From positions 10,262 to 74,261 of the forward strand of contig CAYXYY010000030.1 in the NCBI GenBank assembly GCA_964469495.1: 64,000 nt of DNA. Reading direction: 5' to 3'. Shown here in pieces: positions 8,690-19,316 of this stretch. Under the pieces are notes generated by a model. It did not search any database, had not been told where the DNA came from, and worked only from the letters and a program-made list of their open reading frames with translations. Both the position numbers and the translations under genes were made by a program. The stretch comes from an uncultured Planctomycetia bacterium. Its GTDB lineage: Bacteria > Omnitrophota > Gorgyraeia > S143-82. The first letter of the stretch is position 1, and every line of letters begins with the position of its first letter.

Positions 8690-9550
8690 TTAATCTCCCC
8701 GCAAACTATCCCCTAAAAAATCTCTCACTGCCTCTTGCCAAGGACGCATTGTAATGCCTTTCTTAGAGGCAAGCGGGCTCCATACGGGCCGTCTCGCTTT
8801 TGTTGGAAATTCACTTGAACTTACAGGCAGGATACTCGCGCGCAAGCCAACAGCTGAAATTATCTCTGATGCAAACTCATACCATGAGCATATCCCGCTG
8901 TTGACGACGTGGTATATACCATATTCCCTGTCTGAAAGCGCGATATCCCAAATCATACCTGCTGCGTCTAACGCATATGTGGGACTCATAAAGATGTCGT
9001 TGACTACGTTGACAGTCTTCCTTTCCTTTGCCAGTTTTAGCATGGTATAGACGAAATTTCCGCCTTTGCCCATTGCCCCGGCCTTTCCGTATAGGCTCGC
9101 CAAACGCACTATGTAATGCCTCTGGCAATAACTCTGAGCAAATAACTCACCGGCATATTTTGATATGCCGTATGTGTTTATAGGCGCAGGGCAATCGTCT
9201 TCAAAATACGGCTCCTTTTTGCTGACTTTCCCTCCGTCAAACACATAATCTGTGCTTATATGCACGAGCCTTGCGCCGCATAACTGCGCGGCAATACTTA
9301 CGTGCTTCACGCCTATCGCATTCACATTCATCGCCAAATCAACATTCTCTTCTGCATCGTCTACCCTTGTGTAAGCGGCCGTATTGATAATTAGGTCCGG
9401 AGCCTGTTCTTTTATAATAGACAAAACAGAGGCCTGATGAGTGATATCCAAATCGTCTTGGGTAAGGCCTGTCAATGACACATCATCCGGGCATGTCCTC
9501 TTTAGGTCCGTTCCAAGTTGTCCGTCAACGCCTATCAAAAGCGCCTTCAT
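8690..9550 (-). CDS. rmlD: dTDP-4-dehydrorhamnose reductase
   Basis: MKALLIGVDGQLGTDL Rossmann N-terminus. The length (286 aa) and overall similarity fit RmlD. The stop overlaps the rmlB start. Confidence 0.85.
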   Translation of the reverse strand: MKALLIGVDGQLGTDLKRTCPDDVSLTGLTQDDLDITHQASVLSIIKEQAPDLIINTAAYTRVDDAEENVDLAMNVNAIGVKHVSIAAQLCGARLVHISTDYVFDGGKVSKKEPYFEDDCPAPINTYGISKYAGELFAQSYCQRHYIVRLASLYGKAGAMGKGGNFVYTMLKLAKERKTVNVVNDIFMSPTYALDAAGMIWDIALSDREYGIYHVVNSGICSWYEFASEIISAVGLRASILPVSSSEFPTKARRPVWSPLASKKGITMRPWQEAVRDFLGDSLRGD

Positions 9551-10593
9551 ATCAATCCCTCTTTTTTAAATTTTTCAACAAACCACTTCACTGTCTCATA
9601 AAGCCCCTCTTCAAACTTAACCTGCGGGGCCCATTGTAAAACGGATCTTATCTTTGATATATCCATTGCATAACGCCAATCATGTCCCGGACGATCTTTT
9701 ACAAAAGTAATATTTCGGCTATACGTCCCTTTCGGTTTATCCATAATGGTGTCTAAAATAGAACATATCTCTTGCGCCACTTCTATGTTTTTTCTCTCGC
9801 TCTCACCGCCTATATTAAATGTTTCGCCGCTATTTGCCTCGTGAAAAACAACATCAATAGCCCGGCAATGGTCGTATACAAATAGCCAATCGCGCGTATT
9901 TAATCCCTTGCCGTAAATCGGTATGGGCTTCATCTGAATGGCCGTCCTGATTACAGTGGGAATGAATTTCTCCGTATGCTGAAACGGGCCGTAATTATTG
10001 GAACAGTTTGTAATAACCACGTCCATATTATAGGTATGATAATAACTGCGCGCCAGCATATCACTGCCAGCCTTAGAGGCGCTGTAAGGGGAATTAGGCG
10101 CATACGGCATCTCTTCCGTGAAAAGGCCGGTATCTCCTAATGTGCCATATACCTCATCTGTTGAGATATGATGGAAACGGCACCCCTCATATCCTGCCTT
10201 GTATCTTCCCGGGCACTGCATCCAATAGTTATAGGCAGAATCCAAAAGCACGTGAGTCCCAAGGACATTTGTCTTTACAAAAACGCCCGGGTTTTCTATG
10301 GAATTGTCAACGTGGGATTCCGCTGCAAAGTGAATCACCCCTCTGATGTCGTATTTTTCAAATAGATCTTGCACTAAGGCCCTGTCGCATATATCGCCTT
10401 TAACAAAGATATAATTCGGATCTTTTTCCACAGGCCTTAGGTTATTGATATCAGAGGCATACGTCAATAAGTCAAGATTGACAATCCTGTAATTATCATA
10501 CCTGCCCAGAAAATATAGGATAAAATTTGCGCCTATAAATCCTGCGCCTCCTGTTATTAATATGGTTTTCTTATCATTCAAAGACATCGGCAT
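9547..10593 (-). CDS. rmlB: dTDP-glucose 4,6-dehydratase
   Basis: ILITGGAGFIGANF glycine-rich motif and a YxxxK catalytic region (YSASKAGSDML) are present. 348 aa. Confidence 0.9.
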   Translation of the reverse strand: MPMSLNDKKTILITGGAGFIGANFILYFLGRYDNYRIVNLDLLTYASDINNLRPVEKDPNYIFVKGDICDRALVQDLFEKYDIRGVIHFAAESHVDNSIENPGVFVKTNVLGTHVLLDSAYNYWMQCPGRYKAGYEGCRFHHISTDEVYGTLGDTGLFTEEMPYAPNSPYSASKAGSDMLARSYYHTYNMDVVITNCSNNYGPFQHTEKFIPTVIRTAIQMKPIPIYGKGLNTRDWLFVYDHCRAIDVVFHEANSGETFNIGGESERKNIEVAQEICSILDTIMDKPKGTYSRNITFVKDRPGHDWRYAMDISKIRSVLQWAPQVKFEEGLYETVKWFVEKFKKEGLI

Positions 10594-11125
10594 TACTTAA
10601 CAGCGGAAGGGATTTATCCTTTTCAGATATTATCAACTCATTTACGTCAAAAGGCCAATCAATATTTATATCTTTATCATCAAAGCGGACGCCTCTATCG
10701 CTGTCTTTATTATAGTAATTATCCACTTTATATGCCACAACCGTCCCGTCTTTTAAGGCAACAAATCCATGGCCAAAACCACGCGGGATAAAAAGCTGCC
10801 GTTTGTTCTCTGAAGAAAGCTCCAGTCCAAACCATTTCCCAAAATTAGGGCTGGATTTTCTAAGGTCAACGGCAACGTCAAACACAGCACCGCACACGAC
10901 TCTGACCAGTTTTGCCTGCGCAAATGGCGGCAACTGGTAATGTATTCCGCGCAACACGCCCTTAGAGGAAAGGGATTCATTATCCTGCAAAAACCCATAA
11001 GAGCCTTTTAGAAGTTCTGCGAAAAACGACTTGCGGTACGTCTCCAAAAAATATCCACGTTCATCCTTATACACATCAGGCTCTATAATAAAAACCCCGC
11101 CTAAAGGTGTGCCTATTAATTTCAA
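10574..11125 (-). CDS. rmlC: dTDP-4-dehydrorhamnose 3,5-epimerase
   Basis: 183-aa cupin-type protein. The RGIHYQ and [10 protein letters not shown] motifs are conserved RmlC signatures. Confidence 0.85.
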   Translation of the reverse strand: MKLIGTPLGGVFIIEPDVYKDERGYFLETYRKSFFAELLKGSYGFLQDNESLSSKGVLRGIHYQLPPFAQAKLVRVVCGAVFDVAVDLRKSSPNFGKWFGLELSSENKRQLFIPRGFGHGFVALKDGTVVAYKVDNYYNKDSDRGVRFDDKDINIDWPFDVNELIISEKDKSLPLLSNADVFE

Positions 11126-12006
11126 ATCCCCTCCTTACTAACAACCTCTAACAGATACTGGCCGTAATCAGTGTTTGAGAGTTTTTCAATCAAACTCTTA
11201 AACCCGCTGAAATCTATCCAGCCATTTCTATAGGCTATCTCCTCTATACAACCTATCATAAGTCCTGTCTTGTTTTCTATTGTGGCAACGAATTTTCCTG
11301 CTTCCAAAAAACTCTCGTGAGTGCCTGCGTCAAACCACGCAAACCCGCGGCCAAGCAGTTTTACCCTTAATTGATTATTCTGAAGATACATAGAATTTAC
11401 AGACGTGATTTCTATTTCTCCCCTGTCAGACGGTAAAACCTTTTTTGCATAATTCACAGCATTTTTATCGTAAAAATACATACCAACAACTGCATAATTT
11501 GATTTCGGGTTGTCCGGTTTTTCTTCAATAGACAAGACATTGCCTTTATCGTCAAATTCAAGTATTCCAAAATTTCCCGGGTCCTTTACGTTATAACCGA
11601 ACACATAAGCCCCTTTGTTTTCCTCTATTTCCTTGCGCGCGCTCTGCATAAGATTAACCAAGTCATGGCCGAAAAACACGTTATCTCCCAACATATAACA
11701 AACGCTGTCTCCCTGAAGGAAATCTTCTGCCAATAAAAGCCCTTCAGCCAATCCCCTTGGTTTTGGCTGCTCTGCGTATTCTATGCGCATTCCCAAAGAA
11801 GAACCATCGGAAAACAACGACACAAAATCGGTTTTATCCTGCGGATTAACGATAAACAGAACATCCCTTATCCCGCACAACATCGCCAGTGAAAGCGGAT
11901 AATATATCATGGGTTTGTTGTAAATCGGCAACAGATGTTTATTTACCGCCACTGTCACAGGGGCGAGCCTGCTGCCTGTGCCCCCCGCTAATATTACAGC
12001 CTTCAT
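11122..12006 (-). CDS. rmlA: Glucose-1-phosphate thymidylyltransferase
   Basis: [19 protein letters not shown]-terminal nucleotidyltransferase motif. 294 aa. Confidence 0.9.
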   Translation of the reverse strand: MKAVILAGGTGSRLAPVTVAVNKHLLPIYNKPMIYYPLSLAMLCGIRDVLFIVNPQDKTDFVSLFSDGSSLGMRIEYAEQPKPRGLAEGLLLAEDFLQGDSVCYMLGDNVFFGHDLVNLMQSARKEIEENKGAYVFGYNVKDPGNFGILEFDDKGNVLSIEEKPDNPKSNYAVVGMYFYDKNAVNYAKKVLPSDRGEIEITSVNSMYLQNNQLRVKLLGRGFAWFDAGTHESFLEAGKFVATIENKTGLMIGCIEEIAYRNGWIDFSGFKSLIEKLSNTDYGQYLLEVVSKEGI

Positions 12007-12060
12007 ACCATCTCCTTTTTACGATTAAATCTGCAAAAAGTAAATTATATCACACAAAGT

Positions 12061-12858
12061 CTATTTTTTAGCAAAGATATCTTGATTAAGCCTGCCAAAG
12101 GAATCAAAACAGCTCTTTCTAGTAAATACGATTGTCATCAATACGCTAAATACCGTGCTTACCAATATAGCAGACATTATCATTATCTGATATTTGATGG
12201 CAACAACCGGGTCTGCGCCCCCCAAAATCACGCCTGTCATCATCCCCGGCAAAGAAACTATGCCCATCGTGGCCATTGCAGCAAGTGTTGGTTGCAAGGC
12301 AAGCCGCATACTCTCTTTTAAGAACGGCAATGTTGCCTCACTTACGGTTGCGCCGTTTGCAATCAAGAAGAGGTATTTCTTATAGTGTTCTTTTATGCCT
12401 TTATAAAACGACGATATGCCGACTATGCTTCCTCTAAGGGAATTGCCCAGCACCATCCCACCCAACACTATCAGATATCTTGCATCAAATATGAAATCCA
12501 ATCTAACCACAAATATATTCAAAAACAACACCACAAAAAACGTTGCTGTGAAAAAAGAGGCAAAGGCAGGCCACAATACATATTTCACGGATAAATAAGA
12601 CCGCCCTATGGCCGAGAAAACAGCGACTATAACCATCACTATAAGCCAAACTACGTTTATAAACGGGTTATTTAATTTGAATATATATACCAAGAATACT
12701 CCTATAAGCGCCAATTGCAAAGACATTCTCAAAAATGAAAAGATTATCTGTCTGACAAGGCCCAAGCCAAAACGAAGGCTCAAAAATATCGGGATACATA
12801 ACAGGCTGACAGCCAATAAAAGCGCCGGCAACGACAGATTAACGGTCTCTTGAGTCAT
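12061..12858 (-). CDS. ABC transporter permease of the FetB/YbbM type (UPF0014), a putative iron-export permease.
   Basis: 265-aa polytopic membrane protein. It overlaps and is co-oriented with the upstream ABC ATPase. Its size and topology match FetB-like permeases. Confidence 0.55.
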   Translation of the reverse strand: MTQETVNLSLPALLLAVSLLCIPIFLSLRFGLGLVRQIIFSFLRMSLQLALIGVFLVYIFKLNNPFINVVWLIVMVIVAVFSAIGRSYLSVKYVLWPAFASFFTATFFVVLFLNIFVVRLDFIFDARYLIVLGGMVLGNSLRGSIVGISSFYKGIKEHYKKYLFLIANGATVSEATLPFLKESMRLALQPTLAAMATMGIVSLPGMMTGVILGGADPVVAIKYQIMIMSAILVSTVFSVLMTIVFTRKSCFDSFGRLNQDIFAKK

Positions 12859-13480
12859 TTACTACCCCTATCTCTACGGCATTGGTAATCCCGCTATGCC
12901 AAACCTCATCATGAGATATAACCAGAACCGTCCAGTCCTTTTTAGACAAAAACAGGCCCGCTGTTTTTTCTTTTAATCGCTTATCCAAAAATGCGGTTGG
13001 CTCGTCTAATATAAAAACATCTCTGTTCAAGCTCAATAAGGACACTATGCCAATTCTCTGCCTCTGGCCTCCTGACAAATCCATTATATCTTTATCCATA
13101 ATAGACAAAGGTAGTCCAAAAAAATCAAACCAGTTTTTTATATCCCCCATCTTATCTCCCAAATGGTGGTTTACACTGAAAGAAAAAAGGAATTCAAACC
13201 ACCCCCTAACACTTAACTGTGGCAGCGATACGTCTTGATCAAGGTAAGCGCACAACCTGCGCACATTGCAGATGGTATCAGGCGAGAGCTCATTGCCATT
13301 AAACAAAACGCTTCCTTTATCTGCCAATTCAATACCTAAAATAATCCTAAACAAGGTGCTTTTACCCGCGCCTGAACCTCCTTTTATCAGGACCTTTCCG
13401 CCCTTTTCCACGAACAGATTGAAATCCTGTAATACGGGTTCTTTCTTATAACTCTTGTATAATGACCTGCACTCTATCAC
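12839..13480 (-). CDS. ABC transporter ATP-binding protein (FetA-like).
   Basis: Walker A GGSGAGKST, signature LSGGQRQR, and Walker B ILDEP. 213 aa. Confidence 0.8.
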   Translation of the reverse strand: MIECRSLYKSYKKEPVLQDFNLFVEKGGKVLIKGGSGAGKSTLFRIILGIELADKGSVLFNGNELSPDTICNVRRLCAYLDQDVSLPQLSVRGWFEFLFSFSVNHHLGDKMGDIKNWFDFFGLPLSIMDKDIMDLSGGQRQRIGIVSLLSLNRDVFILDEPTAFLDKRLKEKTAGLFLSKKDWTVLVISHDEVWHSGITNAVEIGVVNDSRDR

Positions 13481-14217
13481 CGTCTTTCCACCATCTTTTT
13501 GAGTTGCTCTATCTCTCTTTGCCTAAGCAATCTAAACTCACCTTCTTTAAGCCTGCCAAGTCTGATTGGCCCAAAGGCAACCCTCAACAAGTCAATAACA
13601 GGATAACCCAAAAGCGCAAACATACGCCTTATCTGCCTTTTTTTACCCTCTTTCATAAACAGGCGAACAACTGTATGGTTCATAGAGGCGCGTTCCACCC
13701 GCGCCTTGCACGGCAAACCCTTAAAATCCGGAAACTCAAACCCGCTCTCTATCTTAGCGATAGCCTCTATTGGCAACCGTCCTTTTACCTTTACAAGATA
13801 TTCCTTTGTTATGCCGTATTTAGGATGCAGGAGTTTGTGTATAATTTCGCCGTCATCCGTAAATAAAAGCAGGCCTCTGGTATCCTTGTCTAATCTGCCA
13901 ACCGGTTTTAATTTGATATACTCATCAGGCAATAAATCCATGACAATCCTTTTGGCAAACCTGTCTTTGAGTGTCGTCGTATATCCCGCTGGTTTGTTCA
14001 AGATGCCGTACTGCAAAGACGGCAAAGATAACGTCTTGCCCTGAAACTCTACGATATCTCCAACAGAGACCTTTATGCCTATCTGATCCCTCTTAACCCT
14101 TGTGCCGTTAAAAAAGATTTGGCCACTCTTTATTGGTTTATCTGCCTGCCTCCGGGAACAACCAATAGACTTTGCAACAAAGGCATTTAGTCTTAACGGT
14201 TTGGCCTTAACGCTCAT
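13477..14217 (-). CDS. rRNA pseudouridine synthase of the RsuA/RluB/RluF family, with an N-terminal S4 domain.
   Basis: An S4-like N-terminus (RLNAFVAKSIGCSRRQADKPIKSG) is followed by the catalytic GRLDKDTRGLLLFTDDG motif. Confidence 0.8.
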   Translation of the reverse strand: MSVKAKPLRLNAFVAKSIGCSRRQADKPIKSGQIFFNGTRVKRDQIGIKVSVGDIVEFQGKTLSLPSLQYGILNKPAGYTTTLKDRFAKRIVMDLLPDEYIKLKPVGRLDKDTRGLLLFTDDGEIIHKLLHPKYGITKEYLVKVKGRLPIEAIAKIESGFEFPDFKGLPCKARVERASMNHTVVRLFMKEGKKRQIRRMFALLGYPVIDLLRVAFGPIRLGRLKEGEFRLLRQREIEQLKKMVERR

Positions 14218-14223
14218 CGCAGC

Positions 14224-14928
14224 CTATCCCGTGCTCCTGAAAAGCGCCCAATCCCCCTCTTGCATAATATATTCCTTGCCTTCCAACTTCAATCTCCCTG
14301 ACTGCCTTACTGCGGAAAGGCTGCCCAACTCTATTATGTCGTCATATTTTGCAATCTCTGCCCTGACAAAACCACGGGCAATATCCGTGTGTATAATGCC
14401 TGCGCATTCATGGGCAGTCTGGCCCAGACGAAACATCCATGCATGGGAATCCTTCTCCCCAGCTGTAAAAAATATACCTCGTCCGAAAATAGCCCACCAC
14501 AAGTCAGGCAAATCAGAGATCTGCGCGTTGCTATCTTCAAGAACAATATACGGAAGCAGGCTGTATATGGGATATTCATTTAACCTGCCTGCCTCATCCT
14601 GCGAGATATCACCCTGTTTTATGCCGTCATACAACGGCCTTTCACTCTCAAGCAATGCCATTGCCTTCTCCAATAATGCCTTGTCCTGAGAGGCCTCTTT
14701 GAGCTTCCTGTCTATAAAATCCATATCGTCAACGATCAGGTCAAAGAGCGCTTCCTGACTGCATATAATGCCTTCGCATGTATTTATCCTATCCTTGCCA
14801 AGAAAAAATGCGGATGCCGGCACGATTTCCTTTGATTTAAAAATCCCCTTCAAGGCCTTTAACCGATCATCTGGTATCTTAACCTTATTTTTAGGGAAGT
14901 TATCCAATCCCAAAACCGCTATATTCAT
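14224..14928 (-). CDS. YchF-like protein reduced to the helical insertion and the C-terminal TGS/DUF933 domain. The G-domain P-loop is missing.
   Basis: The C-terminus AGIIHTDIARGFVRAEIAKYDD...GRLKLEGKEYIMQEGD parallels the YchF TGS domain (IHTDFEKGFIRAE...EGKDYIVKDGD). The N-terminus MNIAVLGLDNFPKNK has no GxxxxGKS. There are only 234 aa, and the upstream gene's stop overlaps the start, so no missing exon is possible. Confidence 0.5.
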   Translation of the reverse strand: MNIAVLGLDNFPKNKVKIPDDRLKALKGIFKSKEIVPASAFFLGKDRINTCEGIICSQEALFDLIVDDMDFIDRKLKEASQDKALLEKAMALLESERPLYDGIKQGDISQDEAGRLNEYPIYSLLPYIVLEDSNAQISDLPDLWWAIFGRGIFFTAGEKDSHAWMFRLGQTAHECAGIIHTDIARGFVRAEIAKYDDIIELGSLSAVRQSGRLKLEGKEYIMQEGDWALFRSTG

Positions 14929-16643
14929 TTTGAGTTATCTCCTTTCTGCTCCCAAAAACTTACCACAGCCCTTAAACTTCCTGATGGACTATTATGCACA
15001 ATAAATCGCTCAAAGTAAAGCGTATCTGGATTGACCCATATGTTTATATAATCTCCATCCCTATCCTGAAATTTCAGGACTATCTTACCGTTATCCTTAA
15101 CAGATGCAATGAGTTTTGCGTTTGATAAAGCCCTGATAAGGCCTTGCAAAGAGAAGTTATCCAACATCTCCATCGCAGTTTTATACTGCGCGCTGTCTTT
15201 TTTTATCGGCGCTTGTCTTGAACCTTCTACTGAGAACAAATCATCTGCCTTGCGCCTGCAAGATATAAACAGGTATCCTGTGCCATCGAAGACCTTCCCC
15301 TGCATCTCCGCCTCTAAATCCGGCAAAAATTGGATAGAGGCCATTGCCTCTAATGCGCCGAATTGGCCTATTGGAATGGAAGAGTTTACCAATATAGCAT
15401 CTGCGCGATATCTCTTCCTGAAACGATTCGCATCTATAGCCTTTTGAATGTCTATTTCAGCGTTTGAACCATTCACCTCAAATCCGCCATACTCCAACGC
15501 CTTGATAAGCCAATCACCTGTTGTCTTAAGCTGAGAAAACATCTGTTTATCCACCCTTTGCAATACCAACATCTGATTACGCAAACAAGGGACATCCAGC
15601 CTATTTATACAATCCTGGGCAGTGACATAATATAAATAACCATCGTCAGGAGTATAGGATTTTAATCTTTGCAGCAGGCCCAAAAACTTGGCGCGCGAGT
15701 CTTTATCCTGCGGCATATCCGCATATACTCTGGCAAGAAGCCTGAGCATAGATATCTTGTGTTTTTTCCCATTAATGCGATTTAGATAAGACTCGCAAAT
15801 CTCTCTAACTTCTTTTGATTCCATTGCATTTGTTTCCAGCGACCACTTGGCGGAAGACTTGGCCACTATTCTTTTAAACTCCTTTGACTTATCGTCAATC
15901 CTGAGGCCCAACAAAAGCTGCCTGGCCGCCTCCTGTTTCTGGCGAGAACGAAAATCCCTGTCTTCGCCTTTAAGCATATCCAATAACTTAAGGTCTATAT
16001 CCTCATCTGAGACAATATGGCCTGACTTGTCCACCTTTATATCTAATTGCTTTAACAGATTCACAATACGTTTATCAGGATGGCCCCTATAATACACATA
16101 AAGCCTTGCAATACGTTGCGCCACTATATCATCGGAAAGCCACAGGTTTATAACCTTATGTACGATCTCTTTGTTCCCTGTGATAAAAAACTCTATCCAC
16201 AATACGTCCGGGTCCTGTTCAAAATCCGTAATATCTACCTTTTTTTGCGATTCAGCCTGTTTAATAACCTTTGCCCGCTCAGGGAACTCTTTTTTTAATT
16301 CAGCTAAGGCCTGCCTTGCCTGAAGGGTCCCTGCTTTACCCATTGCCAAAACCACCAAAGAAAATCCGGTTTTTGCAACCTTACGGGCCAAGTCCTTATA
16401 GTCTTTTGTCAAGTCAGGATATATCTGCAACATTCTTGCAAAACAATAAACCATAGGCATTATATCCCTGCCATTAAAAGCCCCTTTTTCCGCCTGACGG
16501 CACACTGCATTAAGCCCGGAAAGAACCTCAGATTTGTTCGGATTTTTATAAAATCCCCTTGGAAAGGCATTGCCAAAACCGCTATTAATAAATCCGAAGA
16601 AAATGGAAAACACCAACAAAAACACAAACCGTTTTTTAATCAT
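14925..16643 (-). CDS. Hypothetical secreted protein (572 aa) with an N-terminal signal peptide.
   Basis: Long ORF whose hydrophobic N-terminus (VFLLVFSIFFGFINSGFG) looks like a signal peptide. I recognise no catalytic motif. Confidence 0.45.
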   Translation of the reverse strand: MIKKRFVFLLVFSIFFGFINSGFGNAFPRGFYKNPNKSEVLSGLNAVCRQAEKGAFNGRDIMPMVYCFARMLQIYPDLTKDYKDLARKVAKTGFSLVVLAMGKAGTLQARQALAELKKEFPERAKVIKQAESQKKVDITDFEQDPDVLWIEFFITGNKEIVHKVINLWLSDDIVAQRIARLYVYYRGHPDKRIVNLLKQLDIKVDKSGHIVSDEDIDLKLLDMLKGEDRDFRSRQKQEAARQLLLGLRIDDKSKEFKRIVAKSSAKWSLETNAMESKEVREICESYLNRINGKKHKISMLRLLARVYADMPQDKDSRAKFLGLLQRLKSYTPDDGYLYYVTAQDCINRLDVPCLRNQMLVLQRVDKQMFSQLKTTGDWLIKALEYGGFEVNGSNAEIDIQKAIDANRFRKRYRADAILVNSSIPIGQFGALEAMASIQFLPDLEAEMQGKVFDGTGYLFISCRRKADDLFSVEGSRQAPIKKDSAQYKTAMEMLDNFSLQGLIRALSNAKLIASVKDNGKIVLKFQDRDGDYINIWVNPDTLYFERFIVHNSPSGSLRAVVSFWEQKGDNSK

Positions 16644-16662
16644 CAGCCCTCCTTGTACAAGG

Positions 16663-17346
16663 TCATTTTTCTACTGTTAAATTATAAGGCAAAATCGGTA
16701 TGGCGCCTTTAATCAACACAGGCAACATATCTTCTTTGCGAAAAAATACAATCACCTTTTTGGGCCTGCTGGAAACCATAACAGAAGAAAACCTGCCTAT
16801 CCTCGTATTTATAACGCGGTCTTTACCGACTATTATCTCCAACAACTGTTTTGGCAGCTGCAGTTTCATCCCTGTTTGAGGCCTCTGCCCCTGCTGCCAC
16901 AATCTATAAATAAAGGCAAAGACGTTATCTATCGGCAATGATTGTTTAAGGGCCGCAATCTGTTTGCCATTCTTTGTGATGCGCACCTCCTTATCTGCAT
17001 AATTATAATCCTCTATAATCTCCTCAGACATGCCCAGATAGGTCAACTGGCGAAATATCTTGTAAGGATAAAGCGTTTTTTCATCTAAATATATGTCCTC
17101 TTTATCTTTTAACTGGGGCGTGCGCACCTCTACCTGAAGATGCTCACATTCAATTCCATCCAGACGCGTCTTGCCAAAGACATGCCATTTGGCCCGGCCT
17201 ATCCTTACCATACCTATTTTTACCACGTATGACAAATCCCTCTTTTCCACTGCATAACCCCTTCCCGGACAAAACAACAGAATCAAAAGAATAGATATCA
17301 ACCTACCCATAACCACCCCTTTCACCGACTGGTTAAATATATCCAC
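16663..17346 (-). CDS. Hypothetical secreted protein, possibly DUF3108-like.
   Basis: A signal peptide (LISILLILLFCPGRGYA) precedes a mostly beta-strand-like sequence. It lies immediately downstream of the FeoB-like gene. Confidence 0.35.
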   Translation of the reverse strand: MDIFNQSVKGVVMGRLISILLILLFCPGRGYAVEKRDLSYVVKIGMVRIGRAKWHVFGKTRLDGIECEHLQVEVRTPQLKDKEDIYLDEKTLYPYKIFRQLTYLGMSEEIIEDYNYADKEVRITKNGKQIAALKQSLPIDNVFAFIYRLWQQGQRPQTGMKLQLPKQLLEIIVGKDRVINTRIGRFSSVMVSSRPKKVIVFFRKEDMLPVLIKGAIPILPYNLTVEK

Positions 17347-19316
17347 CCCATTGCAACTAATAAAGAAACCACTCCAAAAACAACTGCCCTCCTGCTCCTA
17401 ACGGCAATCGGGCAATTAGGCAAAAATGCCAGTAAAACCGACCACAACACCACCAAATCAAACGACAACCTGATTTTCCCTGAATACAATAATGCCGCCA
17501 ACAATAAAAAAACTGCTTTACTGATAATCAAGGCGAGCGTAAATATTGATTTAACAGCAAAACTGTGTTGAAGAAAATCAACCCCCATCGGACGTATTTT
17601 CATCAAATAGGATATAATCCCGGCAACAAATGTCAAAACAAAAAATAACCAAAGTCCCGCTTTTCTTAAAAACGCGCTTACATATATAAATGCCTGGCCA
17701 AAAACAAAACCTGGTTTAGGCAAGGCATACGGAGGCAGGTCCATAACCAAAGGCCGGCCTTCCGCAGAAACATTATCAATGCGTTTATATAATAAAAGGG
17801 ACGATAAGATAGACAAAAGGATAAATGCCAATAACAATAATATCCTCTCCGGCATAGGCACACCTGCAATATAGAATATGCAACTCAATACCAATACCTT
17901 GCCTATGCAAATAAACTGCGGGGCAATAGATGTAGGGCAGGCTAATGGACAAACAGCTGATTTAAGGAGCTCCTGAAAAACAACACCATGAAAACCTATC
18001 CTGTGCAAGGCAGAATCCAAAAGAAAACCTATGCGTTTTATATAATTGCTCTGTTTAAAGCCTTCAAACAACACAAAACTAAACAATAAAAATGCGGAAA
18101 CCAAGAAAACCCCGCCGCCAGCGTAAACAAGGGCGCTTAATACGACAAATCCTGTTGAGGAAAGCCATTGGCATAAATTGCTAAACCCCGCAAACAAAAA
18201 AACGCCTGCCTCAAGCAGGGCAAAAACAGATGCAAACAAAAGGACAAACGCCATTGGCAAACCCAATACAGGATTCAAAAACAACGTATCCAACATCCGA
18301 GAAACAGAGATGCGCCTGCACATAGAAGAGCGCTCCACCTCGCGCAAAAGCCCGTTTACAAAACCAAAACGCGCTTCTTCAATTATTCTGCGCGCCTCTT
18401 TGCCAAACTTTGCTTCAACGCCATTTATAACCTTTTCTCTTTCCATTAACAACTTAGGCAACAAGGTATCCTTGACGTTTGAAAAAACAATAGGGCAATT
18501 TTCCTTATCTTCCAAACAAAAAAGGACAAACGGATATGCCATCTTTCCAACCGATTCAGAAACTGCCAAAAGCATTGGCGATAACAGCTTGACAAATTCA
18601 TCTGATAGAGGGAATAAAGGATAATTATCCACATCGCAGGAAACAATAGCCTGAAGAGCTATATCCCAAAACACGCAATTATCCGTTATACGATTTGCGT
18701 CAAAAACCTTAACTCGCAACAATCGGGAAAGGGCATCAATATCTATCTCCTTACACTCCTCGATTAACCCGGATATCACGATAAAAAATCTAACGCGGGC
18801 CTGTAAAAATACCGCGGCTGTTGTGATACCCGCAAACATATCCTTATAATCAAAATACAAGACAAATCCCTCAAACCGGCCGTCAAAGAAGTTTTGCAAC
18901 CGGCCGCTCAATGAGGCCTTCCCTGAAAACGAGGCCCTTCCTAAAAACTCACATGAAAGCATATTATTATTCGTGCGAAGACAAGAACTGCCAATACCAT
19001 TTCCAAGCAAGGAATCAAAATTATCAACATCAACTCTGCCAACGGTAAATAACCCTAAACGAACAGAATTATCTTTAGATAAGGGCCTGACAATAACGTG
19101 CCGGGACAATCCAGCTCCTATCGCAAACCTGTCTGCGCCTACCTCCACCTTAAACGGGCCGCCGCCTCCCATCTTATTCAAGAGAACCAATTGCGCGCCC
19201 GGAACAATGCCCATATCCGACAACCTAAGCTGCGCTTGCCTTCCGCAAGAGATCCTCACCACATAAAGAGGCACACCGATAGGCGCATCAGCAAGGGTGG
19301 TAATATCTCTTTCCAT
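17322..19316 (-). CDS. FeoA-FeoB-like fusion protein. It has an N-terminal FeoA SH3-like domain, a region with a degenerate GTPase P-loop, and a C-terminal FeoB-type membrane domain.
   Basis: N-terminus VVRISCGRQAQLRLSDMGIVPGAQLVLL is FeoA-like. LGRASFSGKASL resembles a FeoB G1 motif (GNPNSGKTTL) with one inserted residue and T->A. The membrane domain contains the FeoB-typical VMDLPPYALPKPG motif. 664 aa. Confidence 0.5.
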   Translation of the reverse strand: MERDITTLADAPIGVPLYVVRISCGRQAQLRLSDMGIVPGAQLVLLNKMGGGGPFKVEVGADRFAIGAGLSRHVIVRPLSKDNSVRLGLFTVGRVDVDNFDSLLGNGIGSSCLRTNNNMLSCEFLGRASFSGKASLSGRLQNFFDGRFEGFVLYFDYKDMFAGITTAAVFLQARVRFFIVISGLIEECKEIDIDALSRLLRVKVFDANRITDNCVFWDIALQAIVSCDVDNYPLFPLSDEFVKLLSPMLLAVSESVGKMAYPFVLFCLEDKENCPIVFSNVKDTLLPKLLMEREKVINGVEAKFGKEARRIIEEARFGFVNGLLREVERSSMCRRISVSRMLDTLFLNPVLGLPMAFVLLFASVFALLEAGVFLFAGFSNLCQWLSSTGFVVLSALVYAGGGVFLVSAFLLFSFVLFEGFKQSNYIKRIGFLLDSALHRIGFHGVVFQELLKSAVCPLACPTSIAPQFICIGKVLVLSCIFYIAGVPMPERILLLLAFILLSILSSLLLYKRIDNVSAEGRPLVMDLPPYALPKPGFVFGQAFIYVSAFLRKAGLWLFFVLTFVAGIISYLMKIRPMGVDFLQHSFAVKSIFTLALIISKAVFLLLAALLYSGKIRLSFDLVVLWSVLLAFLPNCPIAVRSRRAVVFGVVSLLVAMGWIYLTSR

